Origin: Eledone cirrhosa
Lineage: Eukaryota
Reading direction: 5' to 3'
DNA: 64,000 nucleotides
Assembly: GCA_964016885.1 (NCBI GenBank)
Contig: OZ024740.1
Span: 56,606,001-56,670,000, forward strand
The translations under genes and the position numbers were made by a program. Below the pieces are notes generated by a model. The model made no database searches, had not been told where the DNA came from, and saw nothing but the letters and a program-made list of their open reading frames with translations. Positions 12,634 to 27,281 of the stretch are shown here, one piece after another; the stretch's first letter is position 1; every line of letters begins with the position of its first letter.

Positions 12634-15600
12634 AAAATTGAAAAAGTGGAGAATAACATGGTCAACAGTACAAAAAAGGGGATTTATTTGCAGTCTAACA
12701 ATTGTTTCACTGATAGAGTTGTCTAAAAATTGCTGAACACTAAAAGCAGTGCCACTCAATTTTAAATACGATGTTAACTCTATTAGATCTTCGGAAACTG
12801 TTAAAAAAATATATATGTACCCGACAAATTTACAAATTCAAATTACATGTTCAATAATAATATTAATAATAAAGATATAGAGAGAAAAGGAGGAAGAAAG
12901 GGAGATAGATACAGTAAAGAAAGAAAGGAAAGTAAGGAGAAAGAAGAAGGAAAAAGAAAAAAAAAGAGGAAGAAGAAGAAAAAGGAGAAATTATTATAGA
13001 TAGAAATATAAAGAGAAGAAGATATATAGAATATGATGGTAGATAGAGAAGTGACAAACATAAGTAGAAATAACGTAGGATAGAAAGAAGAATAGACGGA
13101 CAAATAAATGAATAAACGTTAATACATGAATAAATTTCAATAAAAATAAAAGTAGATATATAAAAAATATATGAAAAAATATATTTAAAAAATATATAAA
13201 AATTGATAAATAAATAAATAAATAAATAAGTTATATCTAATGTGATATAAAATGGTATAAAATGTGAAAAATGAAGAATAAAAATAAATACGTAAAAGGA
13301 GTAAAAAGAATAAAAATGTGCGAAGAATATTTAAATATATTAAAATTATTAACAATGGTTTTTGAGAATTGTTGAAATATAAGGAGAGATAATAAGGTGA
13401 AAATATGATAATGTTAAATATATTTATGTGTGTATTGGTTATTTTAATAAATAAATTAATTAATTAGTTTTAAGTTATATTATATGATAAAATAAAATGA
13501 CAGAGATGAAATAAATTTAGGGAGAGAAATATAAAGATAAAGAGTGAAAAATAGAGATATATAAAATAAGAATGTAAATATAAGAGGTTTTGATGTTGTT
13601 CTTTGATAGATGATGGCAATTATAATTATAATTATAATTATAATGATGATGATGTTGATAATGTGATATCATAATAGATCCAAGTGGTACAATCTGGGTT
13701 ATGGAATAGATGAGATAGAATTAAGCTGGTCTAAAGTTCTCAAATTTAGTCGCCGATTTATGTCGACAAAAAATAGTTTTTTCAATTTTACTGTTAAGAA
13801 GAATTTTGTTGTAATTTAAAATTTGGAAAAGCTCCATATTACAGAGACCACAGTAGGACATACCAATTTGATATGCCTTTGCTTTTAATACCTTTGTCCA
13901 GCTGATTTTATATTCCATGTTTGCATCTTTGAGTTGCCAGATTTTATTGGCGAGAGTCGTTGTCTTTGAGAGATTCCTGTTAGTCATAGAGCGTCTTTGT
14001 ACGTACCACCTTTTCTTAAACTCCCCAGCTGTGGAACCAATGTAATGTCATGCTAAGCTACCTGAATTTATAGTACATAGGTATACTATATTTGTCTCTA
14101 GGCATCTGTTTTGCAATGGGCATTTGTCAGATAGATGGCAGTTACATTTAGATGCTTTTCTATGCGCCGGTTCTTCTATATGGTTTTGTAGGTTTGCTAT
14201 GTATGGGCTGAGAATTGGGTTTATTGATGTATTGTGGTGATGTGCTCTGATGTGTTTGGTAGTGATGATGTTATATGCTTATGTTTTGTATTAGGTGTTA
14301 TGGTACTTATTTGCGGGCCACTTATAATATAGATTATTTTATAGTTAATTTTATGTATGTGTTTTATTTATTTAATATATTTTATATATTCTTTGATAGA
14401 TAATTTTATCTATAATACAAATGAATACAAATGAAAAAACTATTTTTTGTCGACATAAATCGGCGACTAAATTTGAGAACTTTAGACCAGCTTAATTCCA
14501 TCTTATCTATTCCATAACCCAGATTGTACCACTTGGATCTATTATGATATCACATTATCAACATCATCATCATTATAATTATAATTATAATTATAATTGT
14601 CATCATCTATCAAAGAACAACATCAAAACCTCTTATATTTACATTCTTATTTTATATATCTCTATTTTTCACTCTTTATCTTTATATTTCTCTCCCTAAA
14701 TTTATTTCATCTCTATGATTTGATTTTATCATATAATATAACTTAAAACTAATTAATTTATTTATTTATTAAAATAACCAATACACACATAAATATATTT
14801 AACATTATCATATTTTCACCTTATTATCTCTCCATATATTTCAACAATTCTCAAAAACCATTCTTAATAATTTTAATATGTTTAAATATTCTTCGCACAT
14901 TTTTACTCTTTTTGCTCCTTTTACGTATTTATTTTTATTCTTCATTTTTCACATTTTATACCATTTTATATCACATTAGATATAACTTATTTATTTATTT
15001 ATTTATCAATTTTTATATATTTTTAAATATATTTTTTCATATATTTTTTATATATCTACTTTTATTTTTATTGAAATTTATTCATGTATTAACGTTTATT
15101 CATTTATTTGTCCGTCTATTCTTCTTTCTATCCTACGTTATTTCTACTTATGTTTGTCTCTTCTCTATCTACCATCATATTCTATATATCTTCTCTTTAT
15201 ATTTCTATCTATAATAATTTCTCCTTTTTCTTCTTCTTTCTCTATTACTTTTTCTTTTTCCTTCTTCTTTCTCCTTCCTTTCCTTTCTTTCTTTACTGTA
15301 TCTATCTCCCATTTTTCCTCCTTTTCTCTCTATATCTTTATTATTAATATTATTATTGATGATGAAATTTGAATTTGTAAATTTGCCGGTTACATATATA
15401 TTCTTTTAACAGTTTCCTAAGATCTAATAGAGTTAACATCGTATTTAAAATTGAGTGGCACTGCTTTTAGTGTTCAGCAATTTTAAAACAACTTTATCAG
15501 TGAAACAATTGTTAGACTGCAAATAAAACCCCTTTTGTGTACTATTGACCATGTTGTTCTCCACTTTATCAATGTTATTACTCCAAGATAAACTTACATA

Positions 15601-15735
15601 GGAATACAAGTGAAATCATAAACTCGTCATCTACGTAAACCTCTTGTTGAGTCAGGCATCGCCGTACACTAAAACTATCCATAATAAGAAGTATTCACAA
15701 CCCTAATTATAACGATATTTTGTTATCCTTTATTT
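12634..15735 (-). mobile_element. 5'-truncated PLE (family B, Naiad-like GIY-YIG) with ~1.15-kb inverted arms
   Basis: Arms 12634-13783 and 14433-15573, right arm with a ~160-bp tail; minus frame ASKCNCHLSDKCPLQNRCLETNIVYLC..*HYIGST...IWQLK...CGLCNME...CRH; (TA)n at both ends. Confidence 0.85.
12691..12800 (-). ncRNA. Variant hammerhead (U4C core, long stem II)
   Basis: CAGTTT-CCGAAGA-t..ATAGAGTT[insert]AACTCTAT..t-GAAA-CAATTG-TT-AGACTG; mirror copy 15410-15519(+) has a further-mutated core CCTAAGA. Confidence 0.6.
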
Positions 15736-16049
15736 ATATATATATATAGTACTCAATACTAAAGTGGAGTTTAAATATTCATTTTATAAAAGCTAAATAT
15801 TTAGTCTTGTTACTCTGGAGTTTCACATGTTTATCACCGGATCATCGTGCGTATATATATATATATATATATATATATAAGCAAAATATCATTATTATGT
15901 TTAATTTCACGTGCCACTATCATCATAAACTCTAGAGCCTCTTTTATGTAGCCCATTAATTTCATCAACATCCAAATTAACTAGGAAATTTGCATGTTCA
16001 TATATCCGGTAATCCTAGAATATATGACATACGAATACATATATATGCA

Positions 16050-16097
<48 letters not shown>

Positions 16098-16220
16098 GGA
16101 GGTGAGTTTTATTGTAGTACAATAAAGCAATGCAGATATCGGATAAGAAGCACTCTACAGTTTGTGGGACTGGAGTATGCATAATATAAGATCAAAAGAT
16201 GGTTAAAGGAGTTCCATATA

Positions 16221-16287
16221 TTTTATTATGCGCATTTCAAAAACAAACATCATCAAGCAATAATATTTGTGTTTTCATCAGATAAAA
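16221..16287 (-). ncRNA. Type I hammerhead (family C, left arm)
   Basis: Reverse complement of 19394-19460. Confidence 0.82.
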
Positions 16288-17531
16288 CAGGAGAACATGA
16301 TATGAAGGCTAAAAAACACTTGTTGATAGTGCAGTTTTAAATCAACATATGAAAAGTGGTTTTAGATTGATGTGTGATATTGGGAAAAATATTTTATTTA
16401 GAGAGGGGGGGGGGAAGGATGAAAAGGGAAGGAGATGAGAGGGAGAGATGGGTGATAGAGAGAAAGAGATAGTTTTTATAACTGAGAGGAGATATATTTT
16501 TTACATAGAGGGGTTGAAAACCGTTGGAAGATACTGTATAAATTAAAAATTTTGAAAATTAACGAAGGGAGGATATGTGCGAGGAAAAAATATTTTATTT
16601 AGGGAGGGGGGGTGTGGAAAGGATGAAAAAAAGGGGGGAGGAGATGAGAGTGAAGGTGGGGAGGGAGAGATTGGTGATAGAGAGAAAGAGATAGTTTTTA
16701 TAACTGAGAAAAAGATATATTGTTTTAATATAGAGAGGTTGGGAACCGTTGGAAGATAATGTATAAATTAAAGGAATTTGAAAATTAACGAAGGGAAATT
16801 ATGTATGAAGATAGAGAGAAAAAATAATAATTGTGGGTGAATATTCTAACGTCAAAAGAAGAAATGTATGTATTGTGGCAATTTCAAAATTAGCGAAGAG
16901 AAAAGTTGTTATGGTTTGTGTGTAGAAGGATTTGAGAAAAATAATGTGAAGTTAAAGTTTGTATATTGAATAGATATGTATTAATAATGAGTTCGTTGAT
17001 GGGGAGAAAAAAATAATAATAAATTAAGGATGAAATTGAGATTAAAAAGATTTATGATAGAGAGAAAAAATAATAATGATTGCGGATGAATATTCAAAAT
17101 GTCAAAAACAAATGTTATTATTTTACGAGAAGATAGAATGAGGGTAATGAGTAAACGAGTATTATAGAGTGTATAATGCCCTTTAAAGTAAGGTAAGGTA
17201 GATGGGTATATTTTAAAGAGGTGTATGTATATGTGCCTTTGAGAAAAGATTCTAAATTGATAAAGAATTGAATATTAACTGTATACTTTGTGAAAAGTTC
17301 TATGGAATTTATGCAGGCAGATAGAAAACAAATCTGAGCGTCTATTTATTATAGATTCTAGGTTAGAGATAATGGTAAATTTTTCATTTAGGCAGAGATT
17401 ACAGATTTTAGATAGAGAGCTGTTCAAGTATGAGGATGCAGAAGAAATCTTTTTCCAAAAGATGTTATATTTAATGTTTTTTGTCTTTTAAGGACCATAT
17501 GAGTTCTTGATATTGGTAGGATGGTTAGATT

Positions 17532-18614
17532 TACCATAAAAACAATGAGAATCTTAATTATGTTAACTTTAAATCTAACCATCCTACCAATATCAAGAAT
17601 GCTATAGTTAATAATATTGGAAATAGAATATCTAACATATCTTCTAATAAAAACATCTTTGATGCTAACGCAAATTACTATAATAACGCACTTTCTAAAG
17701 CCGGCTATCCAGATAAAATCAAATATAATAAAGAAACAAATTCTAGGAAAACTTACAGTAGAATAATTAATCATGACCATTCCAATAATTTTAATAAAAG
17801 ACCTAGATACAAAAACATAATCTGGTATAATGCTTCTTTCTCCATCTCTATTAATAACAATATTCCTAAATTATTTTTTAGTGCCTTAAATAAATGCTTC
17901 CCTCCCTCACATATCTATAGTAAAATATTTAACAAACATACCATCAAATTTTCGTATTCTACATCCTCCAATATTTCCAACATCATCTCTAAACACAACA
18001 ACAAAATATTAAATACTAAATCTCTTCCTTCCAATATCGAATTTCATAATAACAGTAATAGTACTCCCGACGTCATTGTAAACCCTAGGCTAACTTCTGT
18101 AAACCCAAATACAACGTCAAACACAACTTCGCTAAATGTTCATAATCCAACTCTAAATCAAGAAACTATTATTCCTATTATTCCTATCGCAAACAACTTC
18201 TCCAATCCAATTCCTTCTATAGATAACACTAGATCACTCATAAATAATCTCTCTAATTGCAACTGCCGCATCAAAAATAAATGTCCTCTCAACAACCATT
18301 GCCTCGATAAAAACTTAATTTATGAATGTAAAATTATAACTAGCACCAATTCCTTCACCTGTTTTGGCTCCACTTCCACCTCTTTTAAAGCTCGTCTCTA
18401 TAATCATCATTCATCTTTCAAATACAAACTTAAAAGAACTAACACTGCTCTCTCAGAACTCATATGGTCCTTAAAAGACAAAAACATTAAATATAACATC
18501 TTTTGGAAAAAGATTTCTTCTGCATCCTCATACTTGAACAGCTCTCTATCTAAAATCTGTAATCTCTGCCTAAATGAACAATTTACCATTATCTCTAACC
18601 TAGAATCTCTCTAA
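17532..18614 (+). pseudogene. PLE ORF fragment: RT thumb, Cys linker and GIY-YIG (360 open codons, no Met)
   Basis: YHKNNENLNYVNFKSNHP...IIWYNASFS...KIFNKHTIKFSYS...CNCRIKNKCPLNNHCLDKNLIYEC...FGSTSTSFKARLYNH...IWSLK...CNLCLNE; missed by the ORF track. Confidence 0.88.
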
Positions 18615-19393
18615 CCTAGAATCTCTCTATCATAAATCTTTTTAATCTCAATTTCATCCTTAATTTATTATTATTTTTTTCTCCCCATCAACGAACTCAT
18701 TATTAATACATATCTATTCAATATACAAACTTTAACTTCACATTATTTTTCTCAAATCCTTCTACACACAAACCATAACAACTTTTCTCTTCGCTAATTT
18801 TGAAATTGCCACAATACATACATTTCTTCTTTTGACGTTAGAATATTCACCCACAATTATTATTTTTTCTCTCTATCTTCATACATAATTTCCCTTCGTT
18901 AATTTTCAAATTCCTTTAATTTATACATTATCTTCCAACGGTTCCCAACCTCTCTATATTAAAACAATATATCTTTTTCTCAGTTATAAAAACTATCTCT
19001 TTCTCTCTATCACCCATCTCTCCCTCCCCACCTTCACTCTCATCTCCTCCCCCCTTCTTTTCAACCTTTCCACCCCCCCTCCCTAAATAAAATATTTTTT
19101 CCTCGCACATATCCTCCCTTCGTTAATCTTCAAAATTTTTAATTTATACAGTATCTTCCAACGGTTTTCAACCCCTCTATGTAAAAAATATATCTCCTCT
19201 CAGTTATAAAAACTATCTCTTTCTCTCTATCACCCATCTCTCCCTCTCATCTCCTTCCCTTTTCATCCTCCCCCCCTCTCTAAATAAAATATTTTTCCCA
19301 ATATCACACATCAATCTAAAACCACTTTTCATATGTTGATTTAAAACTGCACTATCAACAAGTGTTTTTTAGCCTTCATATCATGTTCTCCTG

Positions 19394-19460
19394 TTTTATC
19401 TGATGAAAACACAAATATTATTGCTTGATGATGTTTGTTTTTGAAATGCGCATAATAAAA
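19394..19460 (+). ncRNA. Type I hammerhead (family C)
   Basis: TTTTAT-CTGATGA-AAAcACAAATAT...ATGTTTGTTTTt-GAAA-TGCGCA-TA-ATAAAA; palindromic stem III; AUA site. Confidence 0.85.
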
Positions 19461-19497
19461 TATATGGAACTCCTTTAACCATCTTTTGATCTTATAT

Positions 19498-19570
<73 letters not shown>

Positions 19571-19644
19571 TATATATATAAATATGCATATATATATATA
19601 TATAAATATGCATATATATATATATATAAATATGCATAGATATG

Positions 19645-19693
<49 letters not shown>

Positions 19694-19750
19694 GTATATA
19701 TATACATATATATATATATGTATATATATACATATATATATATATATATG

Positions 19751-19837
<87 letters not shown>

Positions 19838-19983
19838 CCAAATGTTAAACAAGGTTCATTGATGATTATTCAATGAATATATTTTACAATAGATTTAAAG
19901 CACTCAACAGTGAAGTTTTCTGGAGTAATTAATATTATTCAAAATATTAATAAATGGATACATTCACATAATCAAAATATATG

Positions 19984-20045
19984 TTTTATTATAAATATTT
20001 CGGAGGTACTGTGGTGTTTTTTCAGTACGTCCTCATCAGATAAAA
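19984..20045 (-). ncRNA. Type I hammerhead in fold-back element 19836-20152
   Basis: Minus: TTTTAT-CTGATGA-GGAcGTACTG..CAGTACcTCC-GAAA-TATTTA-TA-ATAAAA; adjacent 45-bp-arm hairpin 20058-20152. Confidence 0.82.
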
Positions 20046-20164
20046 TACATAAATTGATGTATGACATAACTCAACTGTGCTGCTGGTTCAATTCCAGTCT
20101 TGACTGCCAAGACTGGAATTGAACCATCAGCACAGTTGAATTATGTCATACACACACACACACA

Positions 20165-20228
<64 letters not shown>

Positions 20229-21058
20229 AATGAAAAATGGCGTGCTGCGTTGTTTCGAATATGACACACATGAATTAAAAAATAGAGCAAGAAACCAGGA
20301 CTATCCGTCATCAGTGATCTTCTGGCCATCATCGGTATTTCTTCGCATTAAAGACCAGATACCTCCAGCGCGAACAATAACTAAAATAAGTTATTGTGAT
20401 AAAAACAATTGGGTGGAGAAAGAGAGACATGTAAACAAACAAAATTGGTAAGGCAACGTAAAGAGAGGAAAATGAGAAAACAAGTCAGTGATACATGTGA
20501 ACATAAGTTCTAGCAAATCATTGACGAGAAGACGAAGGACGCGTCCGAACCCTGCGAAATGTAAGCGAGAAAAGGATTTCACACAGGTCAGACGGGAGGA
20601 AGTGAGAGAGGGAGAGTAGCAGAGAGTGAGTGAGTGAAAGTGTGAGGAAGAGGCCAACCGAGAAGGAGTGACCAACAGAGGGAGTGAATGAAAGTAAGAG
20701 GTACAAGGAGAGAGAAGGGGGAGAGAGAAAGAGGATAGCAGTAAGGGAATAGAAAAAGACAGGACACAGCGAGGGGGAAATATAGGAATGAAAAATGGCG
20801 TGCTGCGTTGTTGCGAAAGTGATATATATATATATATGCATATATATGTATTCGTATGTCATATATTCTAGGATTACCGGATATATGAACATGCAAATTT
20901 CCTAGTTAATTTGCATTTTGATAAATTAATGGTTTACATAAAAGAGGCTCTAGAGTTTATGATGATTAGTGGCACGTGAAATTAAACATAATAATGATAT
21001 TTTGCTAATTTATTACTAGGATATAATTACATAGATATACAGCATAAATGACATAGAC

Positions 21059-21367
21059 CAGAGGCATGCAACATGCGGCCCTCGAGCCACACTACCGCCA
21101 GTCCAGTCAGAGTGGCCCGCGATGACCGATTTTAATTTTTACCTTCTAGGCTTATTTAGAATTTTTTTTGTAACCGTAATACAATTTTCAGTTTGTTGAC
21201 TAAAGGGCTTCACTGTGTGGGTTATGTGTGTTATAATTTCCCAGTTCCATGTTATGGAACGAGGTTGTGGCGAATCTTTGGAATAGTGCTTAATAAATAT
21301 TAATGGCCCTAATTGTTGTTCCAATGTTCAAAAGTGACCCGCCAATGGAATATGTTGCCCACTTCTG
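21059..21367. mobile_element. hAT-type MITE
   Basis: TIRs cagaggcatgcaacat / atgttgcccacttctg; 8-bp TSD acatagac / acatagag. Confidence 0.75.
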
Positions 21368-21389
21368 ACATAGAGGATTACGAGGGTTT

Positions 21390-21690
21390 TCGATCCATGA
21401 TCTTATGGTCGTGGTTTAAAAGTCCCGGTGGTGTCTTGTGCCCTTGAGCAAGACACTTTATTCACTCAACTGGCAGAAATGAGTTGTACCTGTAATTCAA
21501 TGGGTTTGCCTTGTCACACATTGTGTCAAAGCGAGTCTCCGTTACTTATGGTCATTATGTCACGTGCATATATTAAATGACAATATCTCTCTGGAACACT
21601 CGAGCATATATCCAATAATTTCACGAGCAGGCCTTCTATTGTTCGAACAACTGGCCCACTCACAGGTGGAACAGTAGGAGGTCCAACAGC
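21390..21690 (+). mobile_element. Degraded SINE
   Basis: gtgcccttgagcaagacactttatt core, shared with 25110-25231. Confidence 0.6.
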
Positions 21691-21780
21691 AACATATATG
21701 TATGTATGTATGTATGCATGTATGTATGTATGTATGTATGTATGTATGTATGTATGTATGTATGTATGTATGTATGTATG

Positions 21781-23046
21781 TCAGGTCACCAGTTGGTGCT
21801 ACTGGTAACATGTATCCCAGTACAACCTGTCTCATAGTCGGGTCGTTGGCGACTAAACTGGCAACCCCACCAAGGTTTCTCAATGAGGAGGGTGACTTTG
21901 GACATCCTGCAGGACTAAAAACAAAACCTGTCAAAGGGCAAAGGAGCTCTTAAGAGTCAATGGCCATCCAAAATCACCGGGAGAGATGACTCCTTAGCCT
22001 TTATTAAGGCAGAATTCTAGGAGAAGGAAAACTCTGATATAACAACTGCAACCCTGATGCTATCCAATGATGTTGACTTGTTCTTCTTTTTGGTAAATAT
22101 CATCTTGGTTAAGAGAGTGGGACTGGCTTTGTGCAGTGCCTTTGCTCACTATAAAAGCTTCACGGCACAGGCATTGCTTTATATCTGGAGATCTCTCTGC
22201 ACTTGTCGTCACATGGTACCAAGGGCCCAGCACTATGTGTCAATAATTGTCACAAGTGCAGTGTTTGTACCAGAGTTTTCAAGTCGCTGGCTGGACTAAA
22301 AAGTCACGCTCGTTCAGCGCATCGGTAGGGGTTCTCCTACATGGATATAAAGTAGTGGCCGTACTCGAAAACGAGTTGGCAGCCACCATGTATGTATGTA
22401 TGGCTGCATGTATGTAGCCCAATACAAATTCTTTCATCGTGGGGTGGTCAGCAGGAGGGTAAGTGGAAACCCAGCAGTACAAAAACAAGAGCTGTCAAAG
22501 GGTGGATGAATTCCACAGAGTCAACGGCCATCCACCCCAACTATTGGTTAAATAGCCTCCCCAGCCTGCAATTGGCCAAGCGTGGTAAGTACGGCTACAC
22601 CCCTAGGTGAAGTTAAACTCCTTGACAATAACACATGCGATCCTCGTAACTGTTATCTTGCCTTGGCTTGTCACTGCTTCTGTGAGTGAGTGTGTGCTAT
22701 GTATGCTGAACAAGCACGTAGCATTGCCATCTTTATGTACAAATATTTCTTTACAAGTCCCACTGTGGTGAAGGAATGGCAACGTGGACAGACTCGACCG
22801 GTTAGAAGCACATTGTCACAAATATACCCCTGGGCGGCTCTTTTCCTAACGTCGCTGCATTGTTAACCTGAACAGCAGCATGCTTCGGTGGATTCTTGAG
22901 CGTCTGAGTAGCCCTTCTTGGGGATAAGCTGCTCCTCCATACCAAATGAGAAAAGTCTAGAAAAGGTGACCTAAACAAACTGGCCAGCTGTTGGCGGCGG
23001 CCAATTCTTTGAAGAGATGGCTGCTTTCTGTAAAGAAGTAGCTGTT
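21781..23046 (+). mobile_element. GC-richer non-coding repeat(s) bounded by (TATG)n; RTE-5'-like
   Basis: ctaggagaaggaaaactctga motif; two related sub-units share ctgtcaaaggg and agagtcaa.ggccatcca; (TATG)n at 21697-21780, 22388 and 23047-23090. Confidence 0.4.
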
Positions 23047-25109
23047 ATGTATGTATGTATGTATGTATGTATGTATGTATGTATGTATGCACGAAGGCCT
23101 GCATGTTTACACGTCTCCCCCTCTCTCACCCTCTCTCTCTCTATATATATATATATAGTACTTTAGGAGGGTCAAGCTGCCAATAACGCAGTATATATGT
23201 ATATGTATGCATGCATGTACGTATGTGTGTATGTATATATGCATGCATATATTTCTCTGTATGTGCATATATATATATGTGAGTGAGTGTGTGTATGCAC
23301 GTAATATACGTATGCATGTATGTATCAATAAATTACTTCAATGCCCGTACATTTTGTTCCATAGCCAAGTACAGTGCTTTTGATGCGTGCGTTTTTGTTC
23401 ATTTTGACTTTTGTTGTTTAGCCCTAAACCAATCCGCTCTTTTTAGGGCATACCATGTCTAGAACGATATTATCTGATCTTTTTTTTCGCATTTGAGAGC
23501 GATTTCGCTGCTAGTCACTTCAGGTTGAATGACCGTCTTTTTCCACGGAGGAATATCGTATTTCTATTTTTTTTATTATTATTTACATTGTTTTTGTTGC
23601 AAGTATTTCCTTTGATACCGTTATTATATTGTTTGTTTGTTTTTGTTTTGTTGACAGTAATATTGTTTCCTTTGTCAATACATTCTCGTTGCTCGCTTCA
23701 TTGATTATGCTTCAGTTGAATTCATCATGGGAAATAAGTCAATTTTCGAACATGAATGAGATAGCTAATATCATTGAATTTGTGCAACGCTATATTAGCA
23801 TAACATTTGATGTTAATTCCAACTCCTTTCTAAGTCATGTATTAGCATTAATATAATTCCCTTAGAATCATTTAGGTAAAGCTACCACGCATAACCACCT
23901 GTATTATTATAGAACACACCCTAAAAATTCACGTTTACTGATTTTCATTTTGTATTTTAAAATAAAATTCTTCAGATGTAAAATCAGTGACGTTTGTAAC
24001 CCCCCCCCCAAAAAAAAATACTCAAATTTATTGTCGCAGAATTTGGATTTTAACTGATATATTCTTTCAATAAATTAAAAGTCATAAATTTGAAGAAAAA
24101 ACAACAATAACTGGCTAATTGGAGGTTATGGTAGAAGGTATCAAATAATATATTGTCTTGTCATATCCCGAGGAGATCAATATTAGGATTTTAAGCAGTT
24201 AAACCACACGATACATAACTATTTGTCTAATTTCTTGTTGTAACAAGTGTAACGTAAACTCCAAGACGGTAAAAAAATTAGATGAAGGTAAGAGATAATA
24301 CTAAAAGGAGCTGTGAATGTATTTGAATTTATGATGCAGTAACCGAATTGTCAATGAAGTATCGAGGAAGAATTCATTGTGACAGTTTGCATTATTAATA
24401 TATTAAAGAAAAACAAGCTTTCTTTATTATATAGAGCGTTAATGAACCTAATATATTTATGAAGTAGATCACTAGAATATATATTTCATTTGTGCAATAG
24501 ATTCTTTTGAAGTCATTAGAATACATTCAGCTTCAAAAGGAAAGAAAACATACTGTAATGAATTGTTGAATAGATTGCTTACCAGACATTCCATCCTTGA
24601 CCACCCAGTATTTATGAATATCCAGGATCAGATTATACTTTTTAAAGGCAATCATGATCTTATAGATAATTGACTGCTGTTTCTAGCAAGATAAGCGATG
24701 CCTGTTAAACAGATTAGTATCTTATACTAATGAAGCAAACTTCATAATATATTTTGGTATTGCAAACCTGTTAGAGGAGATCAGTGGGTCTCAACCTTTT
24801 TTATCTATGGACCCCGTTGATTCCTATTTTACTCTAGTAACCCCATAGCTATTCGATTTTTAAGGAATATTAGGAATTGAATAAAAATTGTTAACAAATC
24901 TTATGCATTGTAAAAGTATAACCGATTTAGCAATGTACGAAATTTTATAGAAAATAGTTATATTCAAAAATATATATATATCGAGAGTCGATATACAAGA
25001 TTCCAAACCCCATATGCTATATGAGAGGGGTGGAAGCCGTCAAATCGGACAGAGGAAACAATGTTTTACATTGGTCTTTCCAATGGTTAATACTATATGT
25101 CGGTCGCAA

Positions 25110-25231
25110 ATCCAGGCAGAAGAAGCGACGTGAAATAAAGTGTCTTGCTTAAGGACACAACGCATCGCCCGGTCTGTGAAACTAAATCACAACCTCACGA
25201 TTACGAATCCAATTCTCTAACCACTCAGCCA
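25110..25231 (-). mobile_element. tRNA-derived SINE head
   Basis: Minus: tggctgagtggttagag...gtgtccttaagcaagacactttatttc. Confidence 0.7.
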
Positions 25232-25305
25232 TATATATATATATATGTGTGTGTGTGAGTGTGTGTGTATTTGTATATATGTATATCTATATGTATATAT
25301 ATATA

Positions 25306-25731
25306 TGTAGGAGGTGAGTTTTATTGTAGTACAATAAAGCAATGCAGATATCGGATAATAAGCACTCTACAGTTTGTAGGACTGGAGTATACATAATATA
25401 TAAGAACAAAAGATGGTTAAAAGAGTTCCATGTATTTTATTATGCGCATTTCAAAAACAAATATCATCATGCAATAATATTTGTGTTTTCATCAGATAAA
25501 ACATGAAGACATGATATGAAGGTTAAAAAACACTTGTGGATAGTTCAGTTTTAAATCAACATATTTATTTAAAACTGAACTATCCACAAGTGTTTTTTAA
25601 CCTTCATATCATGTCTTCATGTTTTATCTGATGAAAACACAAATATTATTGCATGATGATATTTGTTTTTGAAATGCGCATAATAAAACACATGGAACTC
25701 TTTTAACCATCTTTTGTTCTTATATATTATG

Positions 25732-25735
<4 letters not shown>
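25306..25735. mobile_element. Short palindrome of the family C terminus with two HHRs (25435-25501 minus; 25620-25690 plus)
   Basis: Arms about 25388-25554 and 25568-25734; left arm carries the same tail as 16094-16180; + HHR TGTTTTAT-CTGATGA...GAAA-TGCGCA-TA-ATAAAACA. Confidence 0.88.
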
Positions 25736-26942
<1,207 letters not shown>

Positions 26943-26976
26943 GAATGAAAAACCACAGACCCTCCATCTCAACTCA

Positions 26977-27014
26977 CCTTTTGAAAAGCAGAAGAACTGC
27001 GAAACCGGTAAAGG
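26977..27014 (+). ncRNA. Minimal hammerhead with U3:A8 core (family D copy 26945-27151)
   Basis: CCTT-TTGAAAA-GCAGaagaaCTGC-GAAA-CCGG-TA-AAGG; GUA site. Confidence 0.78.
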
Positions 27015-27281
27015 AACCAAATAAATATATATATTTTTAAAAAAAATAAGACTCCAGTTGCATTTTCGATTTCATCTCTTTTTCTTTATACTTTCACTCG
27101 CGTAGGACACCTCGGTTATTTTTCATTTTGTAAAAAATACCTCACTTTCTAATATATATGTATATATATATATATATGAATATATATATATATGTATATA
27201 TATATATATGTATATATATATGGATATATATATATGTATATATATGTATATATATATGTATATATATATATATGTATATTT

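Larger units (their letters stand above)
16094..19500 (+). mobile_element. 5'-truncated PLE (family C, Naiad-like) with ~1-1.3-kb inverted arms
   Basis: Left arm 16181-17507 (plus ~90-bp tail from 16094) matches right arm 18454-19500; right arm lacks ~290 bp; HHR in each arm; (TA)n flanks. Confidence 0.9.
15881..21006. repeat. Outer ~170-bp inverted repeat (15881-16052 / 20835-21006) enclosing nested insertions
   Basis: gcaaaatatcattattatg...acgaatacatatatatgcat versus its reverse complement; identical ORF-track starts MHVHISGNPRIYDIR on opposite strands. Confidence 0.85.

Noticed and set aside
14048-14050. In-frame TGA in the Naiad-like GIY-YIG as selenocysteine
   Set aside because: Some Naiads encode Sec, but this TGA is not at a conserved Cys (the linker Cys are TGT/TGC) and I saw no SECIS; CGA-to-TGA decay is simpler
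24782-24960. hAT MITE starting cagtgggtctcaacc
   Set aside because: Only one terminus found; no TSD
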